The translations under genes were made by a program, and so were the position numbers. From a virus (taxonomy: Duplodnaviria > Caudoviricetes), in IMG/VR virus record IMGVR_UViG_3300042366_000756, positions 26,368-90,367 of that record: a stretch of DNA of 64,000 nucleotides; one strand, 5' to 3'. Shown here piece after piece: positions 15,584 to 25,615 of this stretch. The notes beneath the pieces are model-generated. The model was not told where the DNA came from. It was given only the letters and a program-made list of their open reading frames with translations, and made no database searches. How positions within the stretch are numbered: position 1 is the stretch's first letter; each line of letters begins with the position of its first letter.

Positions 15584-17614
15584 ATGTCGGATACCTTTTC
15601 TTTTCGTTTGTCAGATGAGTTTGTAAACAAATACTCCACAATCCCAGCACCATTTGGCTTTACAGACGCAGGCTCTAACTCATTGGGAGAAATTACGTTT
15701 ATAAGAACATATTCCCGAATGAAAGAAGATGGAACAAAAGAAAGATGGCATGAAGTTTGTAAGCGGGTAATTGAAGGAATGTATTCAGTACAAAAAAACC
15801 ATGCTAAAGATAATCGTTTACCTTGGAATGACAATAAAGCACAAAAATCTGCTCAAGAAGCCTTTCAAAGAATGTTTGAGTTAAAATGGACACCACCAGG
15901 ACGTGGTCTTTGGGCATTTGGTACACCCATGACTATGGACAAGCGTAACTCAGCATCTCTTCAAAACTGTGCAATGGTATCTACTCGTGATATTGATCGT
16001 AATGATCCAGGGGCACTGTTTTCATGGGTAATGGATGCATTAATGCTTGGTATTGGTGTTGGCTTTGATACAGTAGGTCAAGACAAAGAAATTATTATTC
16101 ATGCCCCAACAGAGCCAGAAAATGTATGGGAAATTCCAGATACCCGTGAAGGCTGGGTAGACTCTGTAAGAATGCTATTAAACTCATATTTGCGATCTAA
16201 TCAGGCTATACAAAAGTTTAACTATGACCTTATCCGTCCTCTAGGTGCCCCGATAAAGGGCTTTGGAGGGGTTGCTAGCGGTCCAGCACCACTCATTGCA
16301 CTACACGACAAGATCAACACAGTAATTGGCGGTAGGGCAGGAGAAAAACTTGACTCTCGTGCAATTGTGGATATTGTTAATCTTATTGGTACATGTGTTG
16401 TTTCTGGAAATGTTCGTCGTTCTGCTACCTTGGCTTTAGGACTACCAGAAGATAAAGATTTTATTAATTTAAAAAATGCAGAAGTTTTTCCAGATAGAAA
16501 TTCATTTAATTCAGAAAATCCAGGATGGGCTTGGATGTCTAATAATTCTATTTCTGCAGAAGTTGGAACAAAGTATGAAGACTATGTTGATTTAATTGCA
16601 GACAATGGTGAGCCAGGATTTATTTGGCTAAGTGTTGCTAGAGATTATGGAAGACTAGCCGATGCACCAGATTATAAAGATTCTCGTGTTATGGGTTTTA
16701 ATCCTTGTGCTGAACAGCCATTAGAAAGTTATGAATTATGTACACTTGTAGAGGTTCATTTAAATCGTCATGAAGATAAAGAAGACTTTCTTCGTACATT
16801 AAAGTTTGCATATTTGTATGGAAAAACTGTAACATTAATGCCAACACATTGGCAAACCACAAATGGAATTATGCAACGTAATCGTCGTATTGGAACATCA
16901 CTAACTGGCATTGCGTCATTTGCAGATACAAAAGGCATGCCAATAATTCGTGAGTGGATGGACGAAGGGTATAAAAAAATTCGTTCATATGATCACTCAT
17001 ACTCAGAATGGTTATGTGTACGTGAATCAATTCGTGTAACTACCGTCAAACCTTCTGGCTCTGTATCATTGCTTTCTGGTGCAACTCCTGGAGTTCACTG
17101 GGGTCCTGGAGGAGCATTCTATCTTCGTGCTATTAGGTTTGGCAATACAGATCCAATGCTTCATTTATTTAAAGCAGCGGGGTATAAAATTGAAGCAGAT
17201 CTAGTATCTGCAAACACTTCAGTAGTATATTTCCCAGTAGCATCTGGACATCCAAGATCTGAAAAAGATGTAAGTCTTTTTGAAAAAATTGGTTTGGCAG
17301 CAACTGCCCAAAAGTATTGGTCTGACAACGGAGTATCTGTAACTTTGTCATTTGATAAGGAATCTGAAACTAAACACATTGCTCCAGCATTACATATGTA
17401 TGAGGGTCAATTAAAAGCAGTTTCATTTTTACCTATGGGCAATAAAACATATCCTCAACAGCCATACACTCAAATAACAAAAGAAGAGTATAACGCTTAC
17501 GTTGGAACAATTGGTAAGATTGATTGGTCTGCTATCTATGATGGAGTAGAAAATCTAGAAGCACAAGGTGAAGCCTATTGCAGTACAGACGCTTGTGAGA
17601 TAAAATTATACTAA
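15584..17614 (+). CDS. nrdJ: Class II (adenosylcobalamin-dependent) ribonucleotide reductase, monomeric RTPR type
   Basis: PPGRGLW, LQNCAM, FNPCAEQPLE (thiyl Cys/Glu), TVKPSGSVS and C-terminal CSTDAC. Confidence 0.93.
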   Translation: MSDTFSFRLSDEFVNKYSTIPAPFGFTDAGSNSLGEITFIRTYSRMKEDGTKERWHEVCKRVIEGMYSVQKNHAKDNRLPWNDNKAQKSAQEAFQRMFELKWTPPGRGLWAFGTPMTMDKRNSASLQNCAMVSTRDIDRNDPGALFSWVMDALMLGIGVGFDTVGQDKEIIIHAPTEPENVWEIPDTREGWVDSVRMLLNSYLRSNQAIQKFNYDLIRPLGAPIKGFGGVASGPAPLIALHDKINTVIGGRAGEKLDSRAIVDIVNLIGTCVVSGNVRRSATLALGLPEDKDFINLKNAEVFPDRNSFNSENPGWAWMSNNSISAEVGTKYEDYVDLIADNGEPGFIWLSVARDYGRLADAPDYKDSRVMGFNPCAEQPLESYELCTLVEVHLNRHEDKEDFLRTLKFAYLYGKTVTLMPTHWQTTNGIMQRNRRIGTSLTGIASFADTKGMPIIREWMDEGYKKIRSYDHSYSEWLCVRESIRVTTVKPSGSVSLLSGATPGVHWGPGGAFYLRAIRFGNTDPMLHLFKAAGYKIEADLVSANTSVVYFPVASGHPRSEKDVSLFEKIGLAATAQKYWSDNGVSVTLSFDKESETKHIAPALHMYEGQLKAVSFLPMGNKTYPQQPYTQITKEEYNAYVGTIGKIDWSAIYDGVENLEAQGEAYCSTDACEIKLY

Positions 17615-17623
17615 GGAGATAAA

Positions 17624-18076
17624 ATGAAAAAAATACTAGCATCATTAGCAATTTTTATAGCAGTTGGAGCAGTGCTGTTTTCTATAGATAAACCAAAAGA
17701 TAACTGCATAAACCTTTATGTTGATTATGGAGTTTTAGATAATCAAACAAAGTTAGAAAAATGTGTACAATCATCTAGCAGCATTCTTGCTTTAGATGTT
17801 TTAAAACAAGCCAATCTTAAAATAGAAGGTACCAAGAAATATGGACTAGGAGTAGTTTGTAGAGTTAATGGGTTGCCAGATGAAAAGGTAGAGTCTTGTG
17901 AAGTTATGCCACCAGAGGATGCATACTGGGCAATTATTATTAAAGAAAAGAAATTAATTCCTTTCCCTAAAAGCGAGTGGGGTTGGGGACAACTTGCAAT
18001 AGATCAACAACTTTTGAGTCCAGGGGATTCAATAGGTTTGGTTTGGGCTAATAATAGAAAAGTGGTATTCCCATAA
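17624..18076 (+). CDS. Membrane-anchored/exported DUF4430 (transcobalamin beta-domain)-like protein
   Basis: Hydrophobic N-terminus; ALDVLK..IEG..YG..V..VNG..YW..W..D..L.PGDSI pattern; lies between nrdJ and pduO. Confidence 0.5.
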   Translation: MKKILASLAIFIAVGAVLFSIDKPKDNCINLYVDYGVLDNQTKLEKCVQSSSSILALDVLKQANLKIEGTKKYGLGVVCRVNGLPDEKVESCEVMPPEDAYWAIIIKEKKLIPFPKSEWGWGQLAIDQQLLSPGDSIGLVWANNRKVVFP

Positions 18077-18207
18077 AACTATTAGATAAACATGTAGATC
18101 AAAAATCTTATTATAAAGTAATTGTTCAGTTTGCACTGACCTTGCTTTGTTTACACATAGCCAATATTAAAACAATAGACATTTGGCGTTCTTTAACAGG
18201 GCACTAA
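18067..18207 (+). CDS. Candidate 46-aa membrane peptide without canonical start codon
   Basis: Open frame IPIKLLDK..VIVQFALTLLCLHIANI..LTGH whose TAA overlaps the pduO ATG (TAATG). Confidence 0.35.
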   Translation: MPIKLLDKHVDQKSYYKVIVQFALTLLCLHIANIKTIDIWRSLTGH

Positions 18208-18701
18208 TGGTACATCTAACTCGCATTTATACGAAGACTGGTGATGATGGTCAGACATCAACTGCTACTAATGAAAGAATACATAAAGGCAGTGATCTGA
18301 TTGAGGCAATTGGGGCGGTAGATGAAGCAAACTCTGCTATAGGTATGGCAACTGATTTTCATAATGACATTATAAATAGAATACAGAGCGATCTATTTGA
18401 CCTAGGTGCAGAATTATCTGGTGCCCCAACAATTGTAATATCAAAAGAAAGAATCACATACTTGGAAAATGTAATTGATGACTATAATGAATACCTAGAG
18501 CCATTGCATTCTTTTGTTCTGCCTACTGGCGCTATGCACAATGCTAGAACTATTGTGAGAAGGGCAGAACGTCAGGTTTGGAAAATAGATGGTCTAAATC
18601 CAAATATTGCAAAATACCTAAACAGGCTTTCAGATCTGCTCTTTGTAATGGCACGATATCATAATAAAGGTAACGAAAAGTTGTGGGTTCCCAAAAATTA
18701 A
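18207..18701 (+). CDS. pduO: ATP:cob(I)alamin adenosyltransferase, PduO type
   Basis: RIYTKTGDDG, GAVDEANSAIG, QSDLFDLGAEL, RTIVRRAER and YLNRLSDLLF motifs. Confidence 0.92.
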   Translation: MVHLTRIYTKTGDDGQTSTATNERIHKGSDLIEAIGAVDEANSAIGMATDFHNDIINRIQSDLFDLGAELSGAPTIVISKERITYLENVIDDYNEYLEPLHSFVLPTGAMHNARTIVRRAERQVWKIDGLNPNIAKYLNRLSDLLFVMARYHNKGNEKLWVPKN

Positions 18702-18709
18702 TTTGATAC

Positions 18710-18718
18710 TGCTATAAT
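18710..18718 (+). promoter_or_regulatory. Extended -10 promoter
   Basis: TGCTATAAT upstream of the AGGAG SD. Confidence 0.6.
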
Positions 18719-18735
18719 AAGAGGATAGGAGAAAT

Positions 18736-21700
18736 ATGGCCAACCCGTCTAATTTATATGCAGAAAAGATTTATTCTGAGCATCCGCTAGTTTTGTGGGC
18801 ATTAGATGACAAACTTGATTATATAAGTTTGATTTCTGAAGCACAACGCAATATTGCAACATTGTGGTCAAACTTTGCAGATGCAACACTTGCAGAATCC
18901 TTTGAAGATTTAAATCAGCCATTTCCCGATAGTCATTTAAGCAGAGTTAGGGTTAACGTTCCAGTATCAGAAGCACTTGAAGCATCAATTGTTAGTCCTA
19001 ACATACTTAATTTTAATACTCTTGCAGATCTTGGAACATTTACTATTGGATCATATTTTTATTCAAATAGTATATTTTCACAAAATATATCAATAGGTTA
19101 TGAATACACAGATCCAGCCACATCAACTATAGTTCAAAATTTAAAAACTTTTGCTAACGTGCCTTATCAAAAATGGGGTTTTATTTCTGAAACTTTTGAA
19201 ATTCCAAATGTTTCTGCACAACTAAGACTTGTACTTAAAGTTAAAATTTTTGAAGGATCAACAACATCAACAGAAAACGAATTTTATTTTAATGGTATTA
19301 CTTTAGGACAGTGGAACGAAGAATTTAATACATATTCTTTAGATGGAACAACCCAAACAACCGTTCCATCAACAGTTAGCATTTATGGTGGATATGATGC
19401 AGTAGAGGCACAGGCATATGGAGTTGCAGAGGATTCTGGATATTATATTACAGAGGGTGGACTAAAATGTAAAAATTCTGGCATTCCTTTGGTTTTTGGA
19501 GCAAGTGGGGTAACAAGGTTAGAGCCAAGTATAGATGCTTCTTTAATTATTCCAGGTAAAGGATTTTTAAATAAAAAAGGGCAATACAACGATTACACTG
19601 TTGAGTTTTGGGCAAGACTAGCAGTAAACACATCCACACCATTTAAAATTTTTGGACCTATTTCATCTGATGATGGGTTATATGTTGAAGATGGATTTTT
19701 AACATTAGTAATCGGAGATCAATTTGCATCTCATTTTGTTGGTGAATGGTTTAGGCCAATGCTGATTCACATTCGTTTAATTAAAGATTCTGCCTCATTA
19801 TTAATAAATGGAGAAGAAGTTCTTTCCCTGTCTTTAAATACAGAAAATCTTGTTTTACCAGATGAATTTGATAATTCAGGAGACAGTCAAGACTGGTTAG
19901 GGTTTTTTGCAAATCAGAACGTTTATCCATTTGAAATTGATTGTGTTGCTGTATATTCTTATCAGGTTCCAGTTACAGTTGCAAAGCGTAGATGGGTATA
20001 TGGTCAGGGAGTTGCTTCTTCAGAAGGAATTAGTGCTTCTTATGGTGGAACTACCGCATTTATAGATTATCCATTTGCAAATTATACTGCAAACTATCAT
20101 TATCCAGATTTTGCAAATTGGAATCAAGGAAGTTTTGATAATTTACTAACTACTCAGACAACATTAAGAACACCAGAATATTCTTTACCAGAAATATTTT
20201 TAGGCACAAAAACATTACAAGAACTATATGATGATAACAAAGATGTTCAAGATAACGAATCTGGACCAGTCGTTGCCGATAAATTTTTGTCTTTTAGGCC
20301 TAACAATACTTGGAACTCTGTTGAGTCATATATTAATTTTTCAAGATTTAATTTATTACCAAGTGAGGTTGAAAGTTGCTATGGAGTATTTAGTACTCAC
20401 AATTTAGCGTCAGACGAGATATTGTTTAAAATATATAACCCTTTAAACAATAACTATTTTACAATTCTTAAAGACGGAAATTTAATTAAATACTCTTTAA
20501 CCTATAATGGAACTACAGAATTATTATTTACTTCTAGTGCAGTAACTGCTAATAGTCTTTTTGCAGTTGGATTTAATATAAAACTATTATCAGAAAAATT
20601 TGGAAATAGCGTAAGTTCATTTTTTGGAAATCAAAGTTCATTAAAAATGTATGTGGCTGGAGATAACTCTGGAGATTATACTTTTACAGGAAGACTTTAT
20701 TCTATTGGGTTAAACACAACATTAAATTCTGGAAAAATAGCAGATTATATTGATACAAATGGTTTTATTGAATTAGACAAAGGCCAACAATTAGTAGATC
20801 ACACAGCCAGTTATACATTGCTTCCATCGCAAGCATATGAAAAATATTTCCTAGATATCGGTGTTTCAGGTTATTGGGAAGACTATTTACCGCTTTCTTA
20901 TTTTGCTAAATTTGTAAAGAATAGCAATAATGAAGATTTTTACGAAATAGATTTTTTACAGTTTAACTTAGGATATCCAACAACGACTACTTTACAACAA
21001 GAGTCTGGGGCGCTTTCTTATTACTACAATACAGAAGGAGCACAAATAAAAAGTTATGTTACATTTCAATATCTTGCAGAAGGTGCAAACATTCCCACAT
21101 CTTTTGCTAACGAAGAACCACCAGGAGAGTATAATGTCCTTGACTTAAACAATTACGAAAACTGGAAAACAACAAGATTTGAAATTTTAAATAACACGTT
21201 AATTTACCCAGTTAAAAATATAGATTTTAATGAAGTTGCAATTGTTTATAGTCTTGAGTTTAATAGTCGTGGCATTTTAACTAAACCAGTATTATTAAAT
21301 AAATTACAGTTGGCATCTCAGGCATTTAATGACAACTCTTTTAATCCAGTAGGCACAAGGTCTGGAGTAGATCTATTTCCATATAAAAAGAATGGTATTT
21401 ATTTTGATTACAAATCTAAAAATCCTTTTAGCATATATAAAGAAAGCACTCCCTATTTATACTTAACAAAAAACTCTGGAATAGAGATTCGTGGCGAACT
21501 AAATATATTAGAAAATCGTGGACTTTCTTTACCAATCAATAAAGAATTAGCAACATTTTATAAAGTTAATGCAATCCAACTATGGCTTAGATATGATAAA
21601 GAAAATTTTCCAGCAACAGCAACAGAACTTTTTGAGGTTAATCATAAAGATGGAAGTCTTAAGTTTTACATACAAGGAAATAGTCAAGATTTAAATAGGG

Positions 21701-22203
21701 GTAAGATTTTTGTTTTAAATGAAAGCGGTATCCCATACGATGGTGTTGCATTTTATTTAAATGGTATCTTAGTAAGAGAGCCAGTCTTATCACTAAAAGA
21801 ATGGTCTTCCGTAGGCGTTTCATTTTTAACAGCCTTGAACTTTAATTCATATCTAGGAAACATTAATATTACTGGCCCAGCAATATTTAATAATATTTCA
21901 TATTATCAGGCAACTGGCTTACAAGAAATAGAAAGCAGAACGGAGAGGCCATGGTTTAAGGTTTTGAGCGATGGAACGAGCACTCTAGACTGGCAGTTTT
22001 GGTTTAATAACTCTACCTGGGGTGGTATGTTAATCTTAAACTCTTCATATTTTTATGGAACTAATCCAGCAAATATATATAAAACATACACAGGAACTAA
22101 TAAAATAATAGTTGATGACCAAGAAGGTTTAATCTATCAAGCAGAAAAAATAAAGTTATATACCAATGCAGAGTGGTCAACTACGGTCTCTATACCTTTA
22201 TAG
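18736..22203 (+). CDS. Large putative virion protein with concanavalin/LamG-like segments
   Basis: 1155-aa ORF; EHPLVLWALDD N-terminus and YTVEFWARL LamG-like strand; rich in aromatic residues and Asn. Confidence 0.6.
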   Translation: MANPSNLYAEKIYSEHPLVLWALDDKLDYISLISEAQRNIATLWSNFADATLAESFEDLNQPFPDSHLSRVRVNVPVSEALEASIVSPNILNFNTLADLGTFTIGSYFYSNSIFSQNISIGYEYTDPATSTIVQNLKTFANVPYQKWGFISETFEIPNVSAQLRLVLKVKIFEGSTTSTENEFYFNGITLGQWNEEFNTYSLDGTTQTTVPSTVSIYGGYDAVEAQAYGVAEDSGYYITEGGLKCKNSGIPLVFGASGVTRLEPSIDASLIIPGKGFLNKKGQYNDYTVEFWARLAVNTSTPFKIFGPISSDDGLYVEDGFLTLVIGDQFASHFVGEWFRPMLIHIRLIKDSASLLINGEEVLSLSLNTENLVLPDEFDNSGDSQDWLGFFANQNVYPFEIDCVAVYSYQVPVTVAKRRWVYGQGVASSEGISASYGGTTAFIDYPFANYTANYHYPDFANWNQGSFDNLLTTQTTLRTPEYSLPEIFLGTKTLQELYDDNKDVQDNESGPVVADKFLSFRPNNTWNSVESYINFSRFNLLPSEVESCYGVFSTHNLASDEILFKIYNPLNNNYFTILKDGNLIKYSLTYNGTTELLFTSSAVTANSLFAVGFNIKLLSEKFGNSVSSFFGNQSSLKMYVAGDNSGDYTFTGRLYSIGLNTTLNSGKIADYIDTNGFIELDKGQQLVDHTASYTLLPSQAYEKYFLDIGVSGYWEDYLPLSYFAKFVKNSNNEDFYEIDFLQFNLGYPTTTTLQQESGALSYYYNTEGAQIKSYVTFQYLAEGANIPTSFANEEPPGEYNVLDLNNYENWKTTRFEILNNTLIYPVKNIDFNEVAIVYSLEFNSRGILTKPVLLNKLQLASQAFNDNSFNPVGTRSGVDLFPYKKNGIYFDYKSKNPFSIYKESTPYLYLTKNSGIEIRGELNILENRGLSLPINKELATFYKVNAIQLWLRYDKENFPATATELFEVNHKDGSLKFYIQGNSQDLNRGKIFVLNESGIPYDGVAFYLNGILVREPVLSLKEWSSVGVSFLTALNFNSYLGNINITGPAIFNNISYYQATGLQEIESRTERPWFKVLSDGTSTLDWQFWFNNSTWGGMLILNSSYFYGTNPANIYKTYTGTNKIIVDDQEGLIYQAEKIKLYTNAEWSTTVSIPL

Positions 22204-22205
22204 TC

Positions 22206-22214
22206 TGATATACT
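22206..22214 (+). promoter_or_regulatory. Extended -10 promoter (leaderless start)
   Basis: TGATATACT, 7 nt before ATG 22222. Confidence 0.55.
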
Positions 22215-22221
22215 TATGGTT

Positions 22222-22617
22222 ATGGAATCATTAATTAACCCAAAAACTGGTAAACCTTATGTTAAAAATGTACGTCGTCAGGTAATAGACAAGCACTATG
22301 ACTGGGGTCTTTACGTATATAAGACATCTGCTGGTAAATGGTTTACAGACGATGAAGGCTCAGTTTTAAATATACCGTCTGATCGTGGAGATCTTACAAA
22401 AATTGCAGAGTTAAAAAAGGCTGCAATTCACTACGGAGATGATGGACTTGGCAAGGCTGTGTTTGTTCCAGGGTTAACTCAAGTTAGTGAAGAAGAGTAT
22501 TCAGAACAAAAAGCAAGATTAAAAGAAGGTTTAATTCCTTCAATGAATGATTTAGGTGCTTGGCATGCAGCACAACAAACATTAGAAAAGCATGGAAGAG
22601 GGGCTATGGATGAGTGA
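22222..22617 (+). CDS. Hypothetical protein upstream of portal
   Basis: ORF overlapping the portal start; ATG 22222 preferred over 22216 by distance from the promoter. Confidence 0.7.
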   Translation: MESLINPKTGKPYVKNVRRQVIDKHYDWGLYVYKTSAGKWFTDDEGSVLNIPSDRGDLTKIAELKKAAIHYGDDGLGKAVFVPGLTQVSEEEYSEQKARLKEGLIPSMNDLGAWHAAQQTLEKHGRGAMDE

Positions 22618-24214
22618 CGAAGAATATATCCGTGCAAGTATTAATACACAGGAAAGAGAAGATAATGCTTTTAAATCACACGATCCATTTAATAAAAGTT
22701 GGGACGTTTTAAAAGATTACGTTGGACTTGATCAAAACTTTCGTCGCAGAACAACTCGCAACTTAACAAAATATGCTGCTCCTGAATTTAATGAAAGATA
22801 TTTAGATGCAGCAAACGCAACCCCATCTGGAACAAATGCGGGATCAAAACAAATCAATCCTGGCACGGTATATAGAAATGGCTATGGACTATTTGACGTA
22901 ATTACCCCTCCATATAACATGTATGAATTAGCCAACTTTTATGACACATCATTTGCCAATCATGCTGCTATTGATGCTAAAGTAGAAAACATTGTCGGTC
23001 TTGGATATCGTTTTGATGTTTCAGATAGAACATTGTTAAAGTTTCAAATGAACGAAGATGCAGATGCAGTAGACCGTGCTCGTAATCGTATTGAAAGAGC
23101 AAAAATTCAATTACGTGATTGGTTAGAAAACTTAAATGATGACGATAGTTTTACAAAAACAATGGAAAAAGTTTACACAGACCTTCAAGCAACAGGTAAT
23201 GGATTTATTGAAGTAGGAAGAACAACTGCTGGAGAAATTGGATATGTTGGACATATTCCAGCAACTACTGTTCGTATACGAAGACTACGTGATGGATTTG
23301 TTCAAATTATTGGTCAAAAAGTGGTTTATTTTAGAAACTTTGGAGCAAAAAATGCAAACCCTTTGGGCACAGACCCAAGACCTAATGAAATTATTCATTT
23401 AAAAGAATATTCACCCCTAAACACATTCTATGGTATTCCAGATATTATTGCAGCAATGCCATCTCTTATTGGAGATCAACTTGCGTCTCAATACAACATT
23501 GACTACTTTGAAAATAAGGCTGTTCCAAGATATGTTGTAACATTAAAGGGCGCAAAACTATCAGGTGACGCTGAAGATAAAATGTTTAGATTTTTACAAA
23601 CTGGACTTAAGGCTCAGTCACACAGAACTCTTTATATCCCACTTCCTGGAGACACAGAAGGCAATAAGGTTGAGTTTAAAATGGAGCCAATTGAAAACGG
23701 CATTCAAGACGGTTCATTTAAAGAATATCGTAAACAAAATCGTGATGACATTCTAATTGCTCATCAAGTGCCTATCTCAAAACTAGGTGGCGCAGATTCT
23801 GCAGGCATTGCAGCAGCACTTTCTCAAGATCGTACATTTAAAGAGCAGGTATCTCGTCCAGCACAAAGACATTTAGAAAAAGTTGTAAACAAGATTATTA
23901 GAGAAAAGACAGATATTCTTGAACTTAGGTTTAATGAACTAACCTTAACTGATGAAATCGCACAGTCTCAAATTCTTGAAAGATATGTAAAGACTCAGGT
24001 TATGACTCCAAATGAGGCTCGTGAAAAGTTAGACTTGCCACAAAGAGCAGATGGGGACGAACCTTTTGTTATGTCTCCAAGACAAGCAACTGATGCTAGA
24101 GCAAATTTATCGGGGGATCGTCAGAGAGATTCAGAAAGAACAAATAATAATTCTGATTCATCAACCACAATATCTGGACGTAATGCACAAGGTGAAGGTA
24201 GATCATCTCAATAG
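22610..24214 (+). CDS. Portal protein (PBSX/HK97-like)
   Basis: HAAIDAKVENIVGLG, TGNGFIEV, EIIHLKEYSPLNTFYGIPD, FENKAVP and MTPNEAREKLDLP motifs. Confidence 0.9.
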   Translation: MSDEEYIRASINTQEREDNAFKSHDPFNKSWDVLKDYVGLDQNFRRRTTRNLTKYAAPEFNERYLDAANATPSGTNAGSKQINPGTVYRNGYGLFDVITPPYNMYELANFYDTSFANHAAIDAKVENIVGLGYRFDVSDRTLLKFQMNEDADAVDRARNRIERAKIQLRDWLENLNDDDSFTKTMEKVYTDLQATGNGFIEVGRTTAGEIGYVGHIPATTVRIRRLRDGFVQIIGQKVVYFRNFGAKNANPLGTDPRPNEIIHLKEYSPLNTFYGIPDIIAAMPSLIGDQLASQYNIDYFENKAVPRYVVTLKGAKLSGDAEDKMFRFLQTGLKAQSHRTLYIPLPGDTEGNKVEFKMEPIENGIQDGSFKEYRKQNRDDILIAHQVPISKLGGADSAGIAAALSQDRTFKEQVSRPAQRHLEKVVNKIIREKTDILELRFNELTLTDEIAQSQILERYVKTQVMTPNEAREKLDLPQRADGDEPFVMSPRQATDARANLSGDRQRDSERTNNNSDSSTTISGRNAQGEGRSSQ

Positions 24215-24236
24215 TTGAGAAATTCCTTTAAAGCGG

Positions 24237-24245
24237 TGCTATAAT
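24237..24245 (+). promoter_or_regulatory. Extended -10 promoter for the head operon
   Basis: TGCTATAAT, 9 nt before ATG 24255. Confidence 0.6.
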
Positions 24246-24254
24246 TATAACGTT

Positions 24255-25586
24255 ATGTTAATAAATAAGGCTCATTGGGAAACTACAGGTGACAGTGTTC
24301 GCCTTTCAATGCCCATTGGAAAAGTAGATGTTGAGCGCCGTATGGTCTCTGGTTTTGCAACCCTGGACAACGTTGATCGTCAAAACGACATTGTAACAAC
24401 AGAATCTAGTATAAATGCTTTTAAGAATTTTCGTGGTAACCTTCGTGAAATGCATCAACCAAGTGCTGTTGGCAAAATTGTTTCTTTTAAAGAAGATAAG
24501 TATTTTGATCCAAGTACTAAAAAATTTTACAGCGGAGTTTATGTATCTGCATATGTTTCAAAAGGTGCACAAAATGCATGGGAAAAAGTTTTAGATGGAA
24601 CCTATACTGGTTTTTCAATAGGTGGAAACATTAAAGAATGGGATGACGCTTACGACGAGAAAATAGATAAAACAATTCGTGTAATTAAAACTTACGAGTT
24701 GTCAGAACTTTCTCTTGTAGATAATCCAGCAAATCAATTTGCAAACATAGTTTCTATTGAAAAAATTAATGGTCAAAACGTAGTTGATGGCTATCTATCA
24801 AAAACAGAAATTGAAAATGTATTTTGGGATTCAGAAAATGGTATTGTAATGGTATCTGATTCCGACTCTGCAACAAGTCCATTAAATGGTAATGCAATGC
24901 AGAACATTGGCTTTATAGAAAAAAATGATAAAGATACTGAAAAACTAATAAAATTCTTAGTTGATAGTGCTAAAGGCATTAATACAATTAAGATTACTAA
25001 GGAGGTAGAACTAATGACAGAATCAACAAACGCAGTTTCAGAAACTGTAGTTGAAAATGCAGAGGTTGCTCCAGAGGCACAAGCAGCAGAGGTAGTAGCA
25101 GAAGCAACAGCAATTGTTGCAGAAGCAGTAGAAGCCCCTGCAATCGTTGAAGAAGCAGTAGCAGTTGAAGAACTTGCTCTTGCTAAATCAGATGATGTTA
25201 GTGCAGAATCTTCTGTTGCAAAAGCAGCAGTTGAAGTAGAGACTGCGTTGGAAAAATCCGTTGCAGATGTTAAAGAAGAAGTTGCTCAAGCAATTTCAGA
25301 AATTAATAAATCTCTTACTAATGCCTTTGGCGATCTTGCTGCAACTATCAAATCTCTTAATGAGAAGGTAACAGCAGTAACAAAATCTCTTGAATCAGTA
25401 ACATCTGATGTTAATGGAATCAAGAACAACTTTAACGAGTTTGGCAAGCGAGTAGATCTTGTAGAACAAGATACCGCTTTCCGTAAGTCTGGCGATCTAG
25501 GCGAGATCGTACAGGAATCACCACAAGTGATTCATAAAACCCTATGGGGCGGTCGTTTCCTCACAAATGCCGACCTATTTAACTAA
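24255..25586 (+). CDS. Prohead protease fused to scaffold domain
   Basis: VSGFATLDNVDRQND, LREMHQP, FSIGG and ELSLVDNPAN protease motifs; Ala/Glu-rich coiled-coil C-terminal half. Confidence 0.85.
   Translation: MLINKAHWETTGDSVRLSMPIGKVDVERRMVSGFATLDNVDRQNDIVTTESSINAFKNFRGNLREMHQPSAVGKIVSFKEDKYFDPSTKKFYSGVYVSAYVSKGAQNAWEKVLDGTYTGFSIGGNIKEWDDAYDEKIDKTIRVIKTYELSELSLVDNPANQFANIVSIEKINGQNVVDGYLSKTEIENVFWDSENGIVMVSDSDSATSPLNGNAMQNIGFIEKNDKDTEKLIKFLVDSAKGINTIKITKEVELMTESTNAVSETVVENAEVAPEAQAAEVVAEATAIVAEAVEAPAIVEEAVAVEELALAKSDDVSAESSVAKAAVEVETALEKSVADVKEEVAQAISEINKSLTNAFGDLAATIKSLNEKVTAVTKSLESVTSDVNGIKNNFNEFGKRVDLVEQDTAFRKSGDLGEIVQESPQVIHKTLWGGRFLTNADLFN
25014..25586 (+). CDS. Nested in-frame scaffold protein (internal start)
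   Basis: AAGGAGG at 24999-25005, 8 nt before an in-frame ATG at the boundary of the coiled-coil region. Confidence 0.65.
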   Translation: MTESTNAVSETVVENAEVAPEAQAAEVVAEATAIVAEAVEAPAIVEEAVAVEELALAKSDDVSAESSVAKAAVEVETALEKSVADVKEEVAQAISEINKSLTNAFGDLAATIKSLNEKVTAVTKSLESVTSDVNGIKNNFNEFGKRVDLVEQDTAFRKSGDLGEIVQESPQVIHKTLWGGRFLTNADLFN

Positions 25587-25615
25587 GGTAAAAAATCACT
25601 AGGAGGTGAAAAATA

